64,000 nt of DNA from Thermoproteota archaeon (GCA_027492205.1 JAOZFN010000007.1:11978-75977); one strand, 5' to 3'; counted from the first letter of the stretch, positions 28,504-37,008 are shown. The notes: a model not told the origin generated them from the letters alone. A program made the numbers and translations.

Positions 28504-28642
28504 TGGTGGGGCCGGTGGGATTTGAACCCACGTCCTACGGGTCTCCCCCTCAGTGCTCCACCGACTGGAGCCCGCCGCCCTGACCTGTCCAGGGCGACCT
28601 CGGCCTTATCATCGGGAGGCCACCTGGCTGGGCCACGGCCCC
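28504..28642 (-). tRNA. trnW: tRNA-Trp(CCA) with two introns (28587-28625, D-loop 17/17a; 28543-28564, 37/38); CCA end encoded
   Basis: Acceptor GGGGCCG/CGGCCCC-A-CCA; D stem GCCC/GGGC; anticodon stem GCGGG/CCCGT with loop CTCCAG^A; T arm GTGGG-TTCAAAT-CCCAC; removing 39+22 nt leaves a 78-nt cloverleaf; BHB motifs at both junctions. Confidence 0.93.
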
Positions 28643-28668
28643 ACCGCACGCCCTCTGGGGCCAGACAG

Positions 28669-28680
28669 TATATAACGGTT
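28669..28680 (-). promoter_or_regulatory. BRE/TATA promoter of tRNA-Trp
   Basis: AACCG-TTATATA 27-33 nt upstream of the mature 5' end. Confidence 0.75.
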
Positions 28681-28799
28681 GCGAGGACCTCCCAGATCTA
28701 GCCGGAGGTCGAGGGTCCTCTCCGCCGGACGCTCCGCGGGTGGGCTCTCCCGCCCCACTCCAGGCGGGCCGGTCGAGCTGAGCTTGCGTCGGCGGTCGC

Positions 28800-30257
28800 T
28801 CACGCGACGCGGACCTTCTCCGCCCTTGCCCTCGCGACCAGGAGGCAACCCGGGTCGGGCGCCTGTGGGTCTCCCAGGTAGCCGTACGCCCTCGCCCTGC
28901 ACCCCCCGCAGACGTACCTGAACGGGCAGGTCCCGCAGGGCTCCCTCAGGGAGTCCTTGTCCCTGAGCCTCCACAGGAACTCGTCGGTGCGCCACCACTC
29001 CTCGAATCCGTCGCCCAGCTCGAGCACGTTGGCCAGGGTCTTTGGGAAGAACACGCACGGCCTCACGTCCCCGTTGGGCGAGAGCCCGATGTAGAACCTG
29101 CCGGCCCCGCAGCCGCCTATGAAGTCGGCCAGGCTCCTGAGCCTCCCGCCCAGCTCGGCGTCGTAGAAGTGGGTCGGCAGCACCAGCTTGCCACGCCCGC
29201 CCTCTCTCGCCTCCGCCTGCAGGGACACCCTGGCGAACTGGGGGGCCGTTGTCAGCACCTTCGGGCTTCCTCCTTCCCTCAGCTTATCCCAGAGCCACCT
29301 GAGCAGCTCCTCCCTCTCCTCTGGCGAGAGGTCGAACCGGTCGATGAACACGCCCCTGCCGGTGGGCACAAAGTTGTACACCATGAACCACTGGGCCCCG
29401 AGCTCCCGCACGAGATCCACGATCCGGGGAATCTCTCGGTAGTTAAGCTTCGTCGCCGTGGTCGCCACGTTGACGAAGAAGCCCCTCTTGACCGCGACCT
29501 TTATCCCCCTCACGGTCTTCTCCCAGGCGCCGGGGACGCCCCTGAACCCGTCGTGGGTCTCCGGCGAGGCCCCATCGAGGCTTATCTGGAGAAACCTCAC
29601 ACCTGAGTCCCAGAGCCTGTCAGCCGTCTCCTCGTCTATGAGCGTGCCGTTCGTCGCCATGGCCACGTAGAATCCCTTCTGATGGGCGTACCTGCTCAGC
29701 TCGTATATGTCGGGCCTCACCAGGGGCTCTCCCCCGGACCAGGCTATCGCCACGACCCCGGCCCTGTGCAGGATGTCGATGACCCTCTTCGCCTCCTGAG
29801 TGGTCAGCTCGTCCTCCAGAGGAACGCCCGCGTTGGCGTAGCAGTGCCTGCACCGGAGGTTGCAGGCGTACGTGACGTCCCAGACCACCAGGAAGGGGGC
29901 CCCGGGCACGAAGGGCCTGCGCACGCCGAAGGCCTCCAGCCCCCTCATGACGCTGACGAGCGCCCTCCTCCAGTGCTCTTCGCCCATCCTGCTCTTCAGC
30001 TCCGAGAAGTCGGCCCCGAACGCCTTGGCGCCCATTCTGAGCACGAGCTCGGTCAGCCTGGCGGCCGTCCGGCAGGACATCGGCAGGCGCTCCCGGCCTC
30101 TGACCCCCGCGATGAACTCCAGGGCCACCTCAAGTCTGCTCTTTCCCGTCCCACGGCACTCCCTCAGGAGCCTCCTAAGCAGCATCCTCGATGCCGGGCT
30201 CTCGATTATTCTCTTGAAGGACCCTACGGATCCGGCCAGGTCACTCAAGCCGCTCAC
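28800..30257 (-). CDS. Radical SAM/SPASM protein with N-terminal extension (NirJ/AhbC-D/PqqE-like)
   Basis: CNLRCRHC, SGGEP, SPASM cysteines CGAG...PC...CGTC...CGGCRARA...DPGC. Confidence 0.9.
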   Translation of the reverse strand: MSGLSDLAGSVGSFKRIIESPASRMLLRRLLRECRGTGKSRLEVALEFIAGVRGRERLPMSCRTAARLTELVLRMGAKAFGADFSELKSRMGEEHWRRALVSVMRGLEAFGVRRPFVPGAPFLVVWDVTYACNLRCRHCYANAGVPLEDELTTQEAKRVIDILHRAGVVAIAWSGGEPLVRPDIYELSRYAHQKGFYVAMATNGTLIDEETADRLWDSGVRFLQISLDGASPETHDGFRGVPGAWEKTVRGIKVAVKRGFFVNVATTATKLNYREIPRIVDLVRELGAQWFMVYNFVPTGRGVFIDRFDLSPEEREELLRWLWDKLREGGSPKVLTTAPQFARVSLQAEAREGGRGKLVLPTHFYDAELGGRLRSLADFIGGCGAGRFYIGLSPNGDVRPCVFFPKTLANVLELGDGFEEWWRTDEFLWRLRDKDSLREPCGTCPFRYVCGGCRARAYGYLGDPQAPDPGCLLVARARAEKVRVA

Positions 30258-30570
30258 CTCCCTCGAGCAGGCGCTCCAGCTCCCGGATCCTCTCCCTCAG
30301 GTGATCCGCGGCCGCCTGGATCATCTCCGAGGGGGGCGGCAGGAAGTAGGCGTAGGACAGCCTCCCTCCCCTCTCCACCGGTCTCCGCCTGATCAGCCTC
30401 CTGGACAGGAGGCTGTGGAGCCAGTCGTGGGCGGCCCTCCGCGAGATGCTGAGCGCCCTGGCCACCTCGGATATGGTGAGCTCGCCCTCCTTTGCCAGGA
30501 GGTGGAGGATCTCCGCGGCCCTGGGCCTCAGTCCGAGGGTGCGAACTACCGTGTCGATTATTCCTTCCAT
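30241..30570 (-). CDS. TrmB-like winged-HTH regulator
   Basis: TISEVARALSISRRAAHDWLHSL; overlaps the rSAM start; TATA at ~30594-30603. Confidence 0.8.
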   Translation of the reverse strand: MEGIIDTVVRTLGLRPRAAEILHLLAKEGELTISEVARALSISRRAAHDWLHSLLSRRLIRRRPVERGGRLSYAYFLPPPSEMIQAAADHLRERIRELERLLEGGERLE

Positions 30571-30830
30571 CGTGTGAAGAAAAATTCTTCATGTTATATA
30601 AAAGAATGACCTTCGCAGTGGGAACTCCCCCCCATGATGGCGGACCTGGCCTCACACACCAGTCCTCCCCCGCGATCTCGGGCCGCCCGATCGCCAAGAA
30701 GGGGTCTACGCAGTTCCTGCGCTCTAAGAAGCCTCCTCTGGCCGCTTCCCGGAAAGACGTGGCGGTAGACGCCGGAGGCGAGTTCTGGAGGCCCCTCGAT
30801 CCTCAAGACGGCCCGCCTGACCGCCGAGGA

Positions 30831-31079
30831 TCACCCCTCCTCCCAGACCTCCTCTAGGTACTTCAGCGGGGCTCCGGCCCCCTTCCTCCTCCTCCAGGCC
30901 CTGACGGCGGCCGCCAGGGCGGCGGCGGTCAGGGTAGCGTAGATGATCGCCGAGGCCCTCGACCCCCGAAGAGCGCTGACGGCGGCCCCGACGGATCCGA
31001 GGACGCAGGCCAGCGTTGCCAGGGTGAGCGCCAGCCCGTACCGCCTGTAGCTCTCCCTCAGCCTCTCCAGGGCCCCCAG
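30831..31079 (-). CDS. Small 2-TM membrane protein (probable CTG start; not in ORF track)
   Basis: Manual translation LGALERLRESYRRYGLALTLATLACVLG...IIYATLTAAALAAAVRAWRRRK...; purine-rich RBS; starts just after the udp stop. Confidence 0.6.
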   Translation of the reverse strand: MGALERLRESYRRYGLALTLATLACVLGSVGAAVSALRGSRASAIIYATLTAAALAAAVRAWRRRKGAGAPLKYLEEVWEEG

Positions 31080-31083
31080 GACC

Positions 31084-31848
31084 CTACCCTCCCCTCTCCC
31101 TCTCGAGGATGACGGCGGCCTCCAGTGCTGTCTTGATTGCCCTGTCTATGGCCTCGGCCCGCCTGGGGTCGTCCTGATCGACCAGACCACCCTCGCCCGT
31201 GCTGAGATTCGCAACGACGCCGTTGACTGTGCCCGCCTCCAGCCCGCGCAGGTGACTCACGACGAATATGGCGGAACTCTCCATGTCTAGGCTGATCACC
31301 CCTAGCTCTCTGAGCCCCTCTAGGTACTCGGGCGTCTCGGCGTAGAATGCGTCGTCCGAGCTGATAATGCCAATGTGGTGTTTGTATCCAAGCGACTCCG
31401 CCGCCCTCCTGAGGGCCAGGAGCACCCTGAGGCTGGGAACAGCCGGGAATCCCTCGGGCACGTAGAAGTACGACGTCCCCTCGTTCCTCACGGCCCCGTT
31501 GGGTATGATCAGGTCGGCTATTCTCACGTGAGGCTGGAGCGCCGCGGAGGTGCCTACGCGGATGAACACCTCGGCCCCCACGTTCGCGAGTTCCTCCACG
31601 GCTATCGAGGCGGAGGGGCACCCTATCCCCGTGGAGGTGGCGGAGATCCTGACCCCCCTGTAGGTCCCCGTGACGGTCAGGAACTCCCTGTTGTGGGCCA
31701 CTTCCTCGGCCTCGTCCATGTGCTCGGCTATCCTCCTGACCCTGCCCGGATCCCCGGGTAGGAGGACGTACCGGGCCACGTCGCCCGGCCTAACCTTGAG
31801 ATGGTACTGCAGCCTCCCCTTGGAGACCTCCCTCTTGTCAACGGCCAA
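31084..31848 (-). CDS. udp: Uridine/nucleoside phosphorylase
   Basis: QYHL, LPGDPGR, REF, STGIGCPS, RVGT, DMESS; start TTG inferred. Confidence 0.88.
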   Translation of the reverse strand: MAVDKREVSKGRLQYHLKVRPGDVARYVLLPGDPGRVRRIAEHMDEAEEVAHNREFLTVTGTYRGVRISATSTGIGCPSASIAVEELANVGAEVFIRVGTSAALQPHVRIADLIIPNGAVRNEGTSYFYVPEGFPAVPSLRVLLALRRAAESLGYKHHIGIISSDDAFYAETPEYLEGLRELGVISLDMESSAIFVVSHLRGLEAGTVNGVVANLSTGEGGLVDQDDPRRAEAIDRAIKTALEAAVILERERGG

Positions 31849-31907
31849 CCCAGGATCACCGAGGGCGGGAACCACCGGCAAGTTATAACGGCGGGAGTGG
31901 TTTCCCT

Positions 31908-32291
31908 TCAGAGAGTCTCCCACCTCGCCATCTCCGTGGCGGGGTACATGAACGCCCTGACGACCCCGTAGGCCTCGAGCGCGTCCTTCGCCCGGGACCT
32001 CAGGGTCGTCGGACTCGCCCTCACCGACCCCGGAATCAGGTGGGCGACGTCGCCCATCTCGGGACCCGTGAACTCTGCCTCTACATCCAGCGGTCCGGTT
32101 GGGGGCCTGACCATCACGCGCCCCTCCGCGATCCTCCTCACCGCCCGGAACGCGTCCTCCATCTCTCTCAGAACTACACGCCGGGGCGGCCTGCCCAGTA
32201 TCAGGACGTTGTATCCGAGAGGCAGGCCGCCGAGGGTGTAATCGATGGGTTCGATCCCGGTCCTCAGTCTGTCGGTTGGGATGGCCGTCAA
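31908..32291 (-). pseudogene. Chimeric remnant: KaiC/RecA-like ATPase N-terminus fused to D-aminopeptidase (DppA/M55) C-terminus
   Basis: RLRTGIEPIDYTLGGLPLGYNVLILGRP ends where Walker A should be; then EF..PEMGDVAHLIPG..R....LR..AKDALEAY resembles a DppA C-terminus. Confidence 0.55.
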
Positions 32292-32499
32292 TCTGGACCA
32301 CCCGCCGGGAGCCTCTCCAGGCGGCGTGAACGGGCGAGGTAAAAAATCAACTGCGAACTGCAGCCAATTCAATGCCCTCCACATCATGAGACGAGTTTCT
32401 TTACATCTGCACGGTTACCCTACCCAAAGGGATAAGCGCAACTCAAAGGAGGGAGCACCGTCCGTCCCCCCAGGGGGCTGGCGAGGCCCCCTCCCAACC

Positions 32500-32677
32500 G
32501 GCTGGGGAGATTCGGCCAAGTGGGGCGCCTCTGGGGTACAACCACCCTCAAATAAGGGTCAATCGCGTTGGCCATCGGGCGGAGAGCGGGGTCGAGTTCG
32601 TTGAGTGGACGGGGGTCGGCAAGCCGACCGTCGGCCACGGCACGGGGCCCCGCGAGTCGGCTTCGTCATCCCCAGCC
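32500..32677 (-). ncRNA. Candidate structured non-coding RNA (or MITE-like element)
   Basis: 9-bp terminal inverted repeat GGCTGGGGA/TCCCCAGCC; several internal hairpins; TATA at 32698-32706; no convincing ORF. Confidence 0.4.
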
Positions 32678-32734
32678 TACCAGCGCACCCACCCACCTAT
32701 ATTATATTCCAGTCGCGGGGCCGCCTGACCCGCC

Positions 32735-32974
32735 ATGCCGGTGGAGGCCTACACGGCGGTGAAAGTCAAGCCCCCGAAAGCTCCCAAGTTCAAGGAGGTC
32801 TTCCCCACCCTCAACAACGTGGTCGAGGTCCTCTACGTCACCGGACCATTCGACTTCCTCCTGAGGATAGTCGCCGACAACACCTTCGAACTCTCGAAGG
32901 TGCTTGAGGACATCAGGTCCGACGAGGATGTAGTGGAGACCGTGACATTCATAGTCCTGGAGAGGCTGAAGTGA
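32735..32974 (+). CDS. Stand-alone Lrp/AsnC ligand-binding (RAM) domain protein
   Basis: VTGPFDFLLRI...VVETVTFIVL; leaderless position after TATA. Confidence 0.85.
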   Translation: MPVEAYTAVKVKPPKAPKFKEVFPTLNNVVEVLYVTGPFDFLLRIVADNTFELSKVLEDIRSDEDVVETVTFIVLERLK

Positions 32975-33483
32975 AGGAAATCAGGCTGTTCGTAGTCAGG
33001 CTCGAGCACGACGACCCGAGGAAGGCCACAGGGATCAGGCTGATTAGGCGGGGCCTTGCCGTGAGGACTCACAGACCCCCTCGGGGGGCCGTAATCTTGG
33101 ACCCAACCTCTCACGTTTACCTGAGCCCTGCAGACCGCGAATCGGCGGAATCCAGGGGTCTCGTGGCGGTCGACGCCTCCTGGCGCAGGATCGACGAGGT
33201 TAGGTGGCCCCGAGGGAGGAGGAGGGTGCTCCCGCTACTCGTTGCGGCCAATCCGATAAACTACGGCAGGCCCTTCAGGCTCTCAACCGCAGAGGCCCTC
33301 GCCGCGGCTCTGTTCATCTTGGGCCGCAGAGATCAGGCCGAGAGGGTGCTCGCAGAGTTCAAGTGGGGCCCCGAGTTCATCAGGATCAACGAAGACTGGC
33401 TCGAGGCGTACTCGGAGGCTGAAGGTCCAGAGGAGGTCGGAAAACTCAGCGAGAGGTTTTACGGTGAGCTGGCGGGGGGGTGA
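32971..33483 (+). CDS. tsr3: rRNA aminocarboxypropyltransferase Tsr3
   Basis: DDPRKATG, LSPAD, DASW, LPLLVAANPINYG, LSTAEA, FKWG. Confidence 0.93.
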   Translation: MKEIRLFVVRLEHDDPRKATGIRLIRRGLAVRTHRPPRGAVILDPTSHVYLSPADRESAESRGLVAVDASWRRIDEVRWPRGRRRVLPLLVAANPINYGRPFRLSTAEALAAALFILGRRDQAERVLAEFKWGPEFIRINEDWLEAYSEAEGPEEVGKLSERFYGELAGG

Positions 33484-33486
33484 TCC

Positions 33487-33918
33487 TTGGGCGCCTACGA
33501 GCCAGATTGGATTCGCCGCCTGCGGTCTTCCCTCGGTGACAGCGCCACAGTCACGGTCGTGGGCCGGAGGGTGCTCATTCAGGTGAGGTACGACCCGGCA
33601 CTCGACCTCAGGCTTAGGCTGAGGCGGGCCCTTTCCCGCCTGAACTCCCCTCCACGCGGCCGGCCCACGGGCCTGGACAGGAGGACCTCTAGAGACCTGG
33701 AGAACCAGCTCAGGGGGTTGATAAAGCGGGCCAGGGACGTCGCTGTAGCTTGGAACGTCTCCCTCCCGCTGCACCCGTCCGACGGGACGGTGGAGAGGAC
33801 GCTCTCCCGGATACTGGAGGACATAGAGAGGGCGACTAGAGAGGCTGAGTACCTCCAATCGGTCGCTAGAAAGGTTCTCGCATACGTGAACGAATTTCTC
33901 AGAGTCTCTGGCAGGTGA
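33487..33918 (+). CDS. Hypothetical protein
   Basis: Tightly packed in the tsr3 operon. Confidence 0.6.
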   Translation: MGAYEPDWIRRLRSSLGDSATVTVVGRRVLIQVRYDPALDLRLRLRRALSRLNSPPRGRPTGLDRRTSRDLENQLRGLIKRARDVAVAWNVSLPLHPSDGTVERTLSRILEDIERATREAEYLQSVARKVLAYVNEFLRVSGR

Positions 33919-34244
33919 GCAGCGGGTCGAGTTGGGGTTATATCGGTCGCCCGCCGCGGGGGATCGGTAGGTGCATGGGACAATACAGGGGGGATAATCC
34001 CGTTCTGAACGGTCTGCTCGGCTATCTCTCAAAGCTGGGGAGCATAGAGAGTGTGGCCGAGTCAGACGCCTACCTCCCCGACGGAACGAGGACGATATCT
34101 TACGAGGTGCTCGTAAGGTCTAACGGCCCGATAGACCTGGTGGAGCTTGAGAGCTCGATAAGCGAGATGGGGTTCGTCGCCACCACGTCCCAGAAGCCGC
34201 GCTCCAGGGTGATCAGAATATGCCTTTGGCAGGTGGAGCCCTGA
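33915..34244 (+). CDS. Hypothetical protein
   Basis: GTGA overlap with upstream ORF; alpha/beta pattern. Confidence 0.55.
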   Translation: MSSGSSWGYIGRPPRGIGRCMGQYRGDNPVLNGLLGYLSKLGSIESVAESDAYLPDGTRTISYEVLVRSNGPIDLVELESSISEMGFVATTSQKPRSRVIRICLWQVEP

Positions 34245-34270
34245 TCCCCGGCGGGGGGGTTCGCTCTCGA

Positions 34271-35005
34271 ATGAGGGTAATATTCGACGGCCTCACGACC
34301 ATCCTGCAGGACTCCGGCAACCTCCCAACCTGCTACCTGGCGGCACTTCGGAGCCTCGGCTTGGACTTACGTGAGGCTAAGCGGATGGCCAAGGATCTAA
34401 CGCTCCTCGAGTCCCTCCGGCGATCTTCCGGTCGCGTGAATCGCGTGGAGCTGCTCAGGGAGTACCTCTCGGAGAGGGGCGTTCGACCAACGCTGGGCGA
34501 CATCCAGAGGGCGGTGAACGCCTTCAACGAGGTCTGGATCTCCACCGTCACGCCAGTTCCCGGATCTAAGAGCCTATTGGAGTATCTGAAGGGCATAGGC
34601 GCCTCCATCGGGGTTCTATTCATAGGCGTCGAGTCGGGAGAGACGGCGCCGACCGAGGTGCTGAGATCCGCTGGCCTATCTGGGCTGGTGGACGTTTCCC
34701 TGTACTCGGGCCCGGAGGGTTGGTTGGAGTCGCTGAAGAGGCTCCTCTCCGAACTGCAGGGAGATCCACCCGACATCTTTGTCACCGGGGTGGCCGAGAG
34801 AGCCCTCGCGAGTTCACAGCTCGACCTCAGGCCGATCTTCCTTGGGCACAGGGAGTCCGTTAGGAGAGTCTCACGCGCCTCCGGGTTCGGAGAGCTCCTC
34901 GGGATGCTGCGCGACCTGTCGCGAGGAACCGTACTGGGGGGAGGAGACCTCCCTAATCAGCCCGGCCAGCGGGATCGCGGCCGCGAGCGCGAGCGCGCAC
35001 GATAG
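34271..35005 (+). CDS. Degenerate HAD-superfamily protein
   Basis: VIFDGLTTI (motif I variant), cap domain, PVPGSKSLLEYLK; motif IV not evident. Confidence 0.6.
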   Translation: MRVIFDGLTTILQDSGNLPTCYLAALRSLGLDLREAKRMAKDLTLLESLRRSSGRVNRVELLREYLSERGVRPTLGDIQRAVNAFNEVWISTVTPVPGSKSLLEYLKGIGASIGVLFIGVESGETAPTEVLRSAGLSGLVDVSLYSGPEGWLESLKRLLSELQGDPPDIFVTGVAERALASSQLDLRPIFLGHRESVRRVSRASGFGELLGMLRDLSRGTVLGGGDLPNQPGQRDRGRERERAR

Positions 35006-36115
35006 GCCAAAGGCTGCCCTGGCCCCCCACGCGTCGTAGACGAATCCGAAGGCGAGGTTACCCGGCATGGTTGCGATCCCCTTCGTGGCGTGGAACGCGC
35101 CGTACGCGGTTCCCCTGAGGTCCTCCGGCACCAGCGAGGGGAGCGCGGCCCTCTCGAGGGTGTCCACGAGTGCCATGTAGGTCCCGAATGCAACCACGGC
35201 CGCCGGGCCGGTCCACCTGCTCTCCGTGGAGGCCACGACGGCGGTGAGGGCCAGGCTCAGGTAACCCAGAAGCAGCGCCCTGAGGTTTCCGACCCTGTCT
35301 CCGAGCGCCCCGACGGGTATGGCCGCAGAGCTGTACACGAGGTTTGCTGCCACGTACAGGGCTATCGCGCTTTTCACGCTCCAACCGAGCTCCACCAGCC
35401 TCGTGAGGAGGAAGGCGTAGCTGAACTGTCCCGCACTGAAGATGGCCACCGAGGCCAAGTAGAGCTTGAACTGGGGTGTCAGCGCGCCCCTCGCGGGAGG
35501 GGCACCCGCCCTCCTCCCCGGCCTCACCTCGACCACGAGGGCGGCGAGCACGAGCACCCCCAGCAGGCCGGGGACGGCCGACGCGGCGAAGGTGCCCCTG
35601 TAGCCCACCCTGGGTATGAGCGCCATGGCGAGGAGCGGGCCCACCACGGCTCCGGCCGTGTCCATGGCCCTGTGGAGGCCGAACGCCCTCCCCCTGAACT
35701 CCTCACCGACGCTGTCGGCTATCAGGGCGTCCCTGGGCGAGGTCCTCACGCCCTTCCCCACCCTGTCTCCCACTCTGACGGCTAGGGCGTGCCACCAGCT
35801 GGTGGCGAGCGCAAGCATGGGCTTTAGAACGGCGGAAATCGCGTATCCAAGCACGGCCAACGGCTTCCTTCGTCCCATTACGTCGCTGAGCCTCCCGGAT
35901 ACTGCCTTCAGGAGGCTCGCCGTCAGCTCTGCCGAGCCCTCTATGGCCCCCAGGGCGGTCATCCCCCCTCCCAGCTCCTGAGTGAGGAAGAACGGGAGTC
36001 CGGCAAGCACCATCTCCGTGCTCACGTCGGTCAGGAGGCTGGTGAGCCCCATGGCCAGGACGTTTCTCTTTCCGACGGTCTCGCTGTCGCCCACGTGGTC
36101 GCACGTGTGGGCCAA
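34871..36115 (-). CDS. MFS transporter
   Basis: SLLTDVSTEM, GRLSDVMGRRK, DRVGKGVRTSPRDALI, HRAMDTAGA. Confidence 0.92.
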   Translation of the reverse strand: MAHTCDHVGDSETVGKRNVLAMGLTSLLTDVSTEMVLAGLPFFLTQELGGGMTALGAIEGSAELTASLLKAVSGRLSDVMGRRKPLAVLGYAISAVLKPMLALATSWWHALAVRVGDRVGKGVRTSPRDALIADSVGEEFRGRAFGLHRAMDTAGAVVGPLLAMALIPRVGYRGTFAASAVPGLLGVLVLAALVVEVRPGRRAGAPPARGALTPQFKLYLASVAIFSAGQFSYAFLLTRLVELGWSVKSAIALYVAANLVYSSAAIPVGALGDRVGNLRALLLGYLSLALTAVVASTESRWTGPAAVVAFGTYMALVDTLERAALPSLVPEDLRGTAYGAFHATKGIATMPGNLAFGFVYDAWGARAAFGLSCALALAAAIPLAGLIREVSSPQYGSSRQVAQHPEELSEPGGA

Positions 36116-36186
36116 TCGAATTAAGCGCTCCCCTCCCGACGTCGGCTAAGGTTAATTTCCGCCCCTCTCACTGCCCCAACCGATCG

Positions 36187-37008
36187 ATGTTGCTGCGAGA
36201 GAGGCTCCGCCCCTACGTTGAGAGGGCCGACAGGGCTCTGTCCAGGCTTCTGTCCGAACACGCGTCCTCTCCATTCGCACATCCCCTAATGGAATTCGTT
36301 TCGGGCGGTAAGAGGGTCAGACCGGTCCTCCTATACCTGAGCCACGAGGCGTGCGGGGGCGGAGCCGAGCCCGACCCTGACCCCGCCGCAGCGGCCGTAG
36401 AACTCATTCACACCGCGTCCCTGATCCACGACGATCTGATAGACGGGGACCGAGTCCGAAGGGGGAGGCTGGCCTTTCACGTGAGGTTCGGCACGGACCT
36501 CGCCGTACTTATCTCCGACTTCGTACTGTCCCTCGTGCTGGATGTGGCCGCCGGCTATGCAGATCCAAGGATCGCCCGGGCCCTGGCGCGGACTACGAGG
36601 GTCATGAGCGAGGGCGAGGCAGAGGAGGCGAGGATCAGGGCGAGGGGAGAGCAGATATCCTTCAAGACCTACCTCCGAATACTTGAGAGGAAGACCGCCT
36701 CCCTGTTCAGCGCATCCGCCGAGCTCGGGGCGATCATCGCCAGGGCAGAGGACAGGGTGGTGAGCGGGATGGCCGAGTTTGGCAGGCTGGTCGGCATGGC
36801 GTACCAGCTGAGGGACGACCTGCTCGACTTCGGAAAGCCCGGCGAGATAAGCGCGCTCGTCGAGGCGAAGCCCGTCGGCCCGATAGGCGCGGCCTCGGAG
36901 GACTTCGCCAGCAGGGCAGTCGGCCTTCTGGAGTCTCTGGTTTTGCCGTCTGAAGCTAGGGACCTGCTGCGAGAGCTGGCCCTCTACGCGACGAGGTGGG
37001 AGGGGTGA
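36187..37008 (+). CDS. Trans-polyprenyl diphosphate synthase, probably medium/long chain
   Basis: GGKRVRP, FARM HDDLID, RRG, KTA, SARM QLRDDLLD; Ala five residues before FARM. Confidence 0.88.
   Translation: MLLRERLRPYVERADRALSRLLSEHASSPFAHPLMEFVSGGKRVRPVLLYLSHEACGGGAEPDPDPAAAAVELIHTASLIHDDLIDGDRVRRGRLAFHVRFGTDLAVLISDFVLSLVLDVAAGYADPRIARALARTTRVMSEGEAEEARIRARGEQISFKTYLRILERKTASLFSASAELGAIIARAEDRVVSGMAEFGRLVGMAYQLRDDLLDFGKPGEISALVEAKPVGPIGAASEDFASRAVGLLESLVLPSEARDLLRELALYATRWEG

Noticed and set aside
28543-28570. Alternative anticodon reading (Ser GGA or Pro GGG) from a different intron placement
   Set aside because: The short variable loop excludes Ser, and the BHB geometry fits a 37/38 intron with anticodon CCA.
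28208-28649. ORFs 28208..28531 and 28434..28649
   Set aside because: They overlap the tRNA and its terminator and have no protein-like features.
30594-30806. Small ORF as a RiPP precursor for the SPASM enzyme
   Set aside because: It runs into the regulator's TATA box, has no precursor-like features and has weak coding signal.
32500-32677. tmRNA, RNase P or SRP identity for the structured region (5' GGGGATGAC...CGAC resembles a tmRNA start)
   Set aside because: No T-arm/CCA end, no GAGGAAAGUCC or ACAGAA P4 motifs, and no SRP helix-8 motif.
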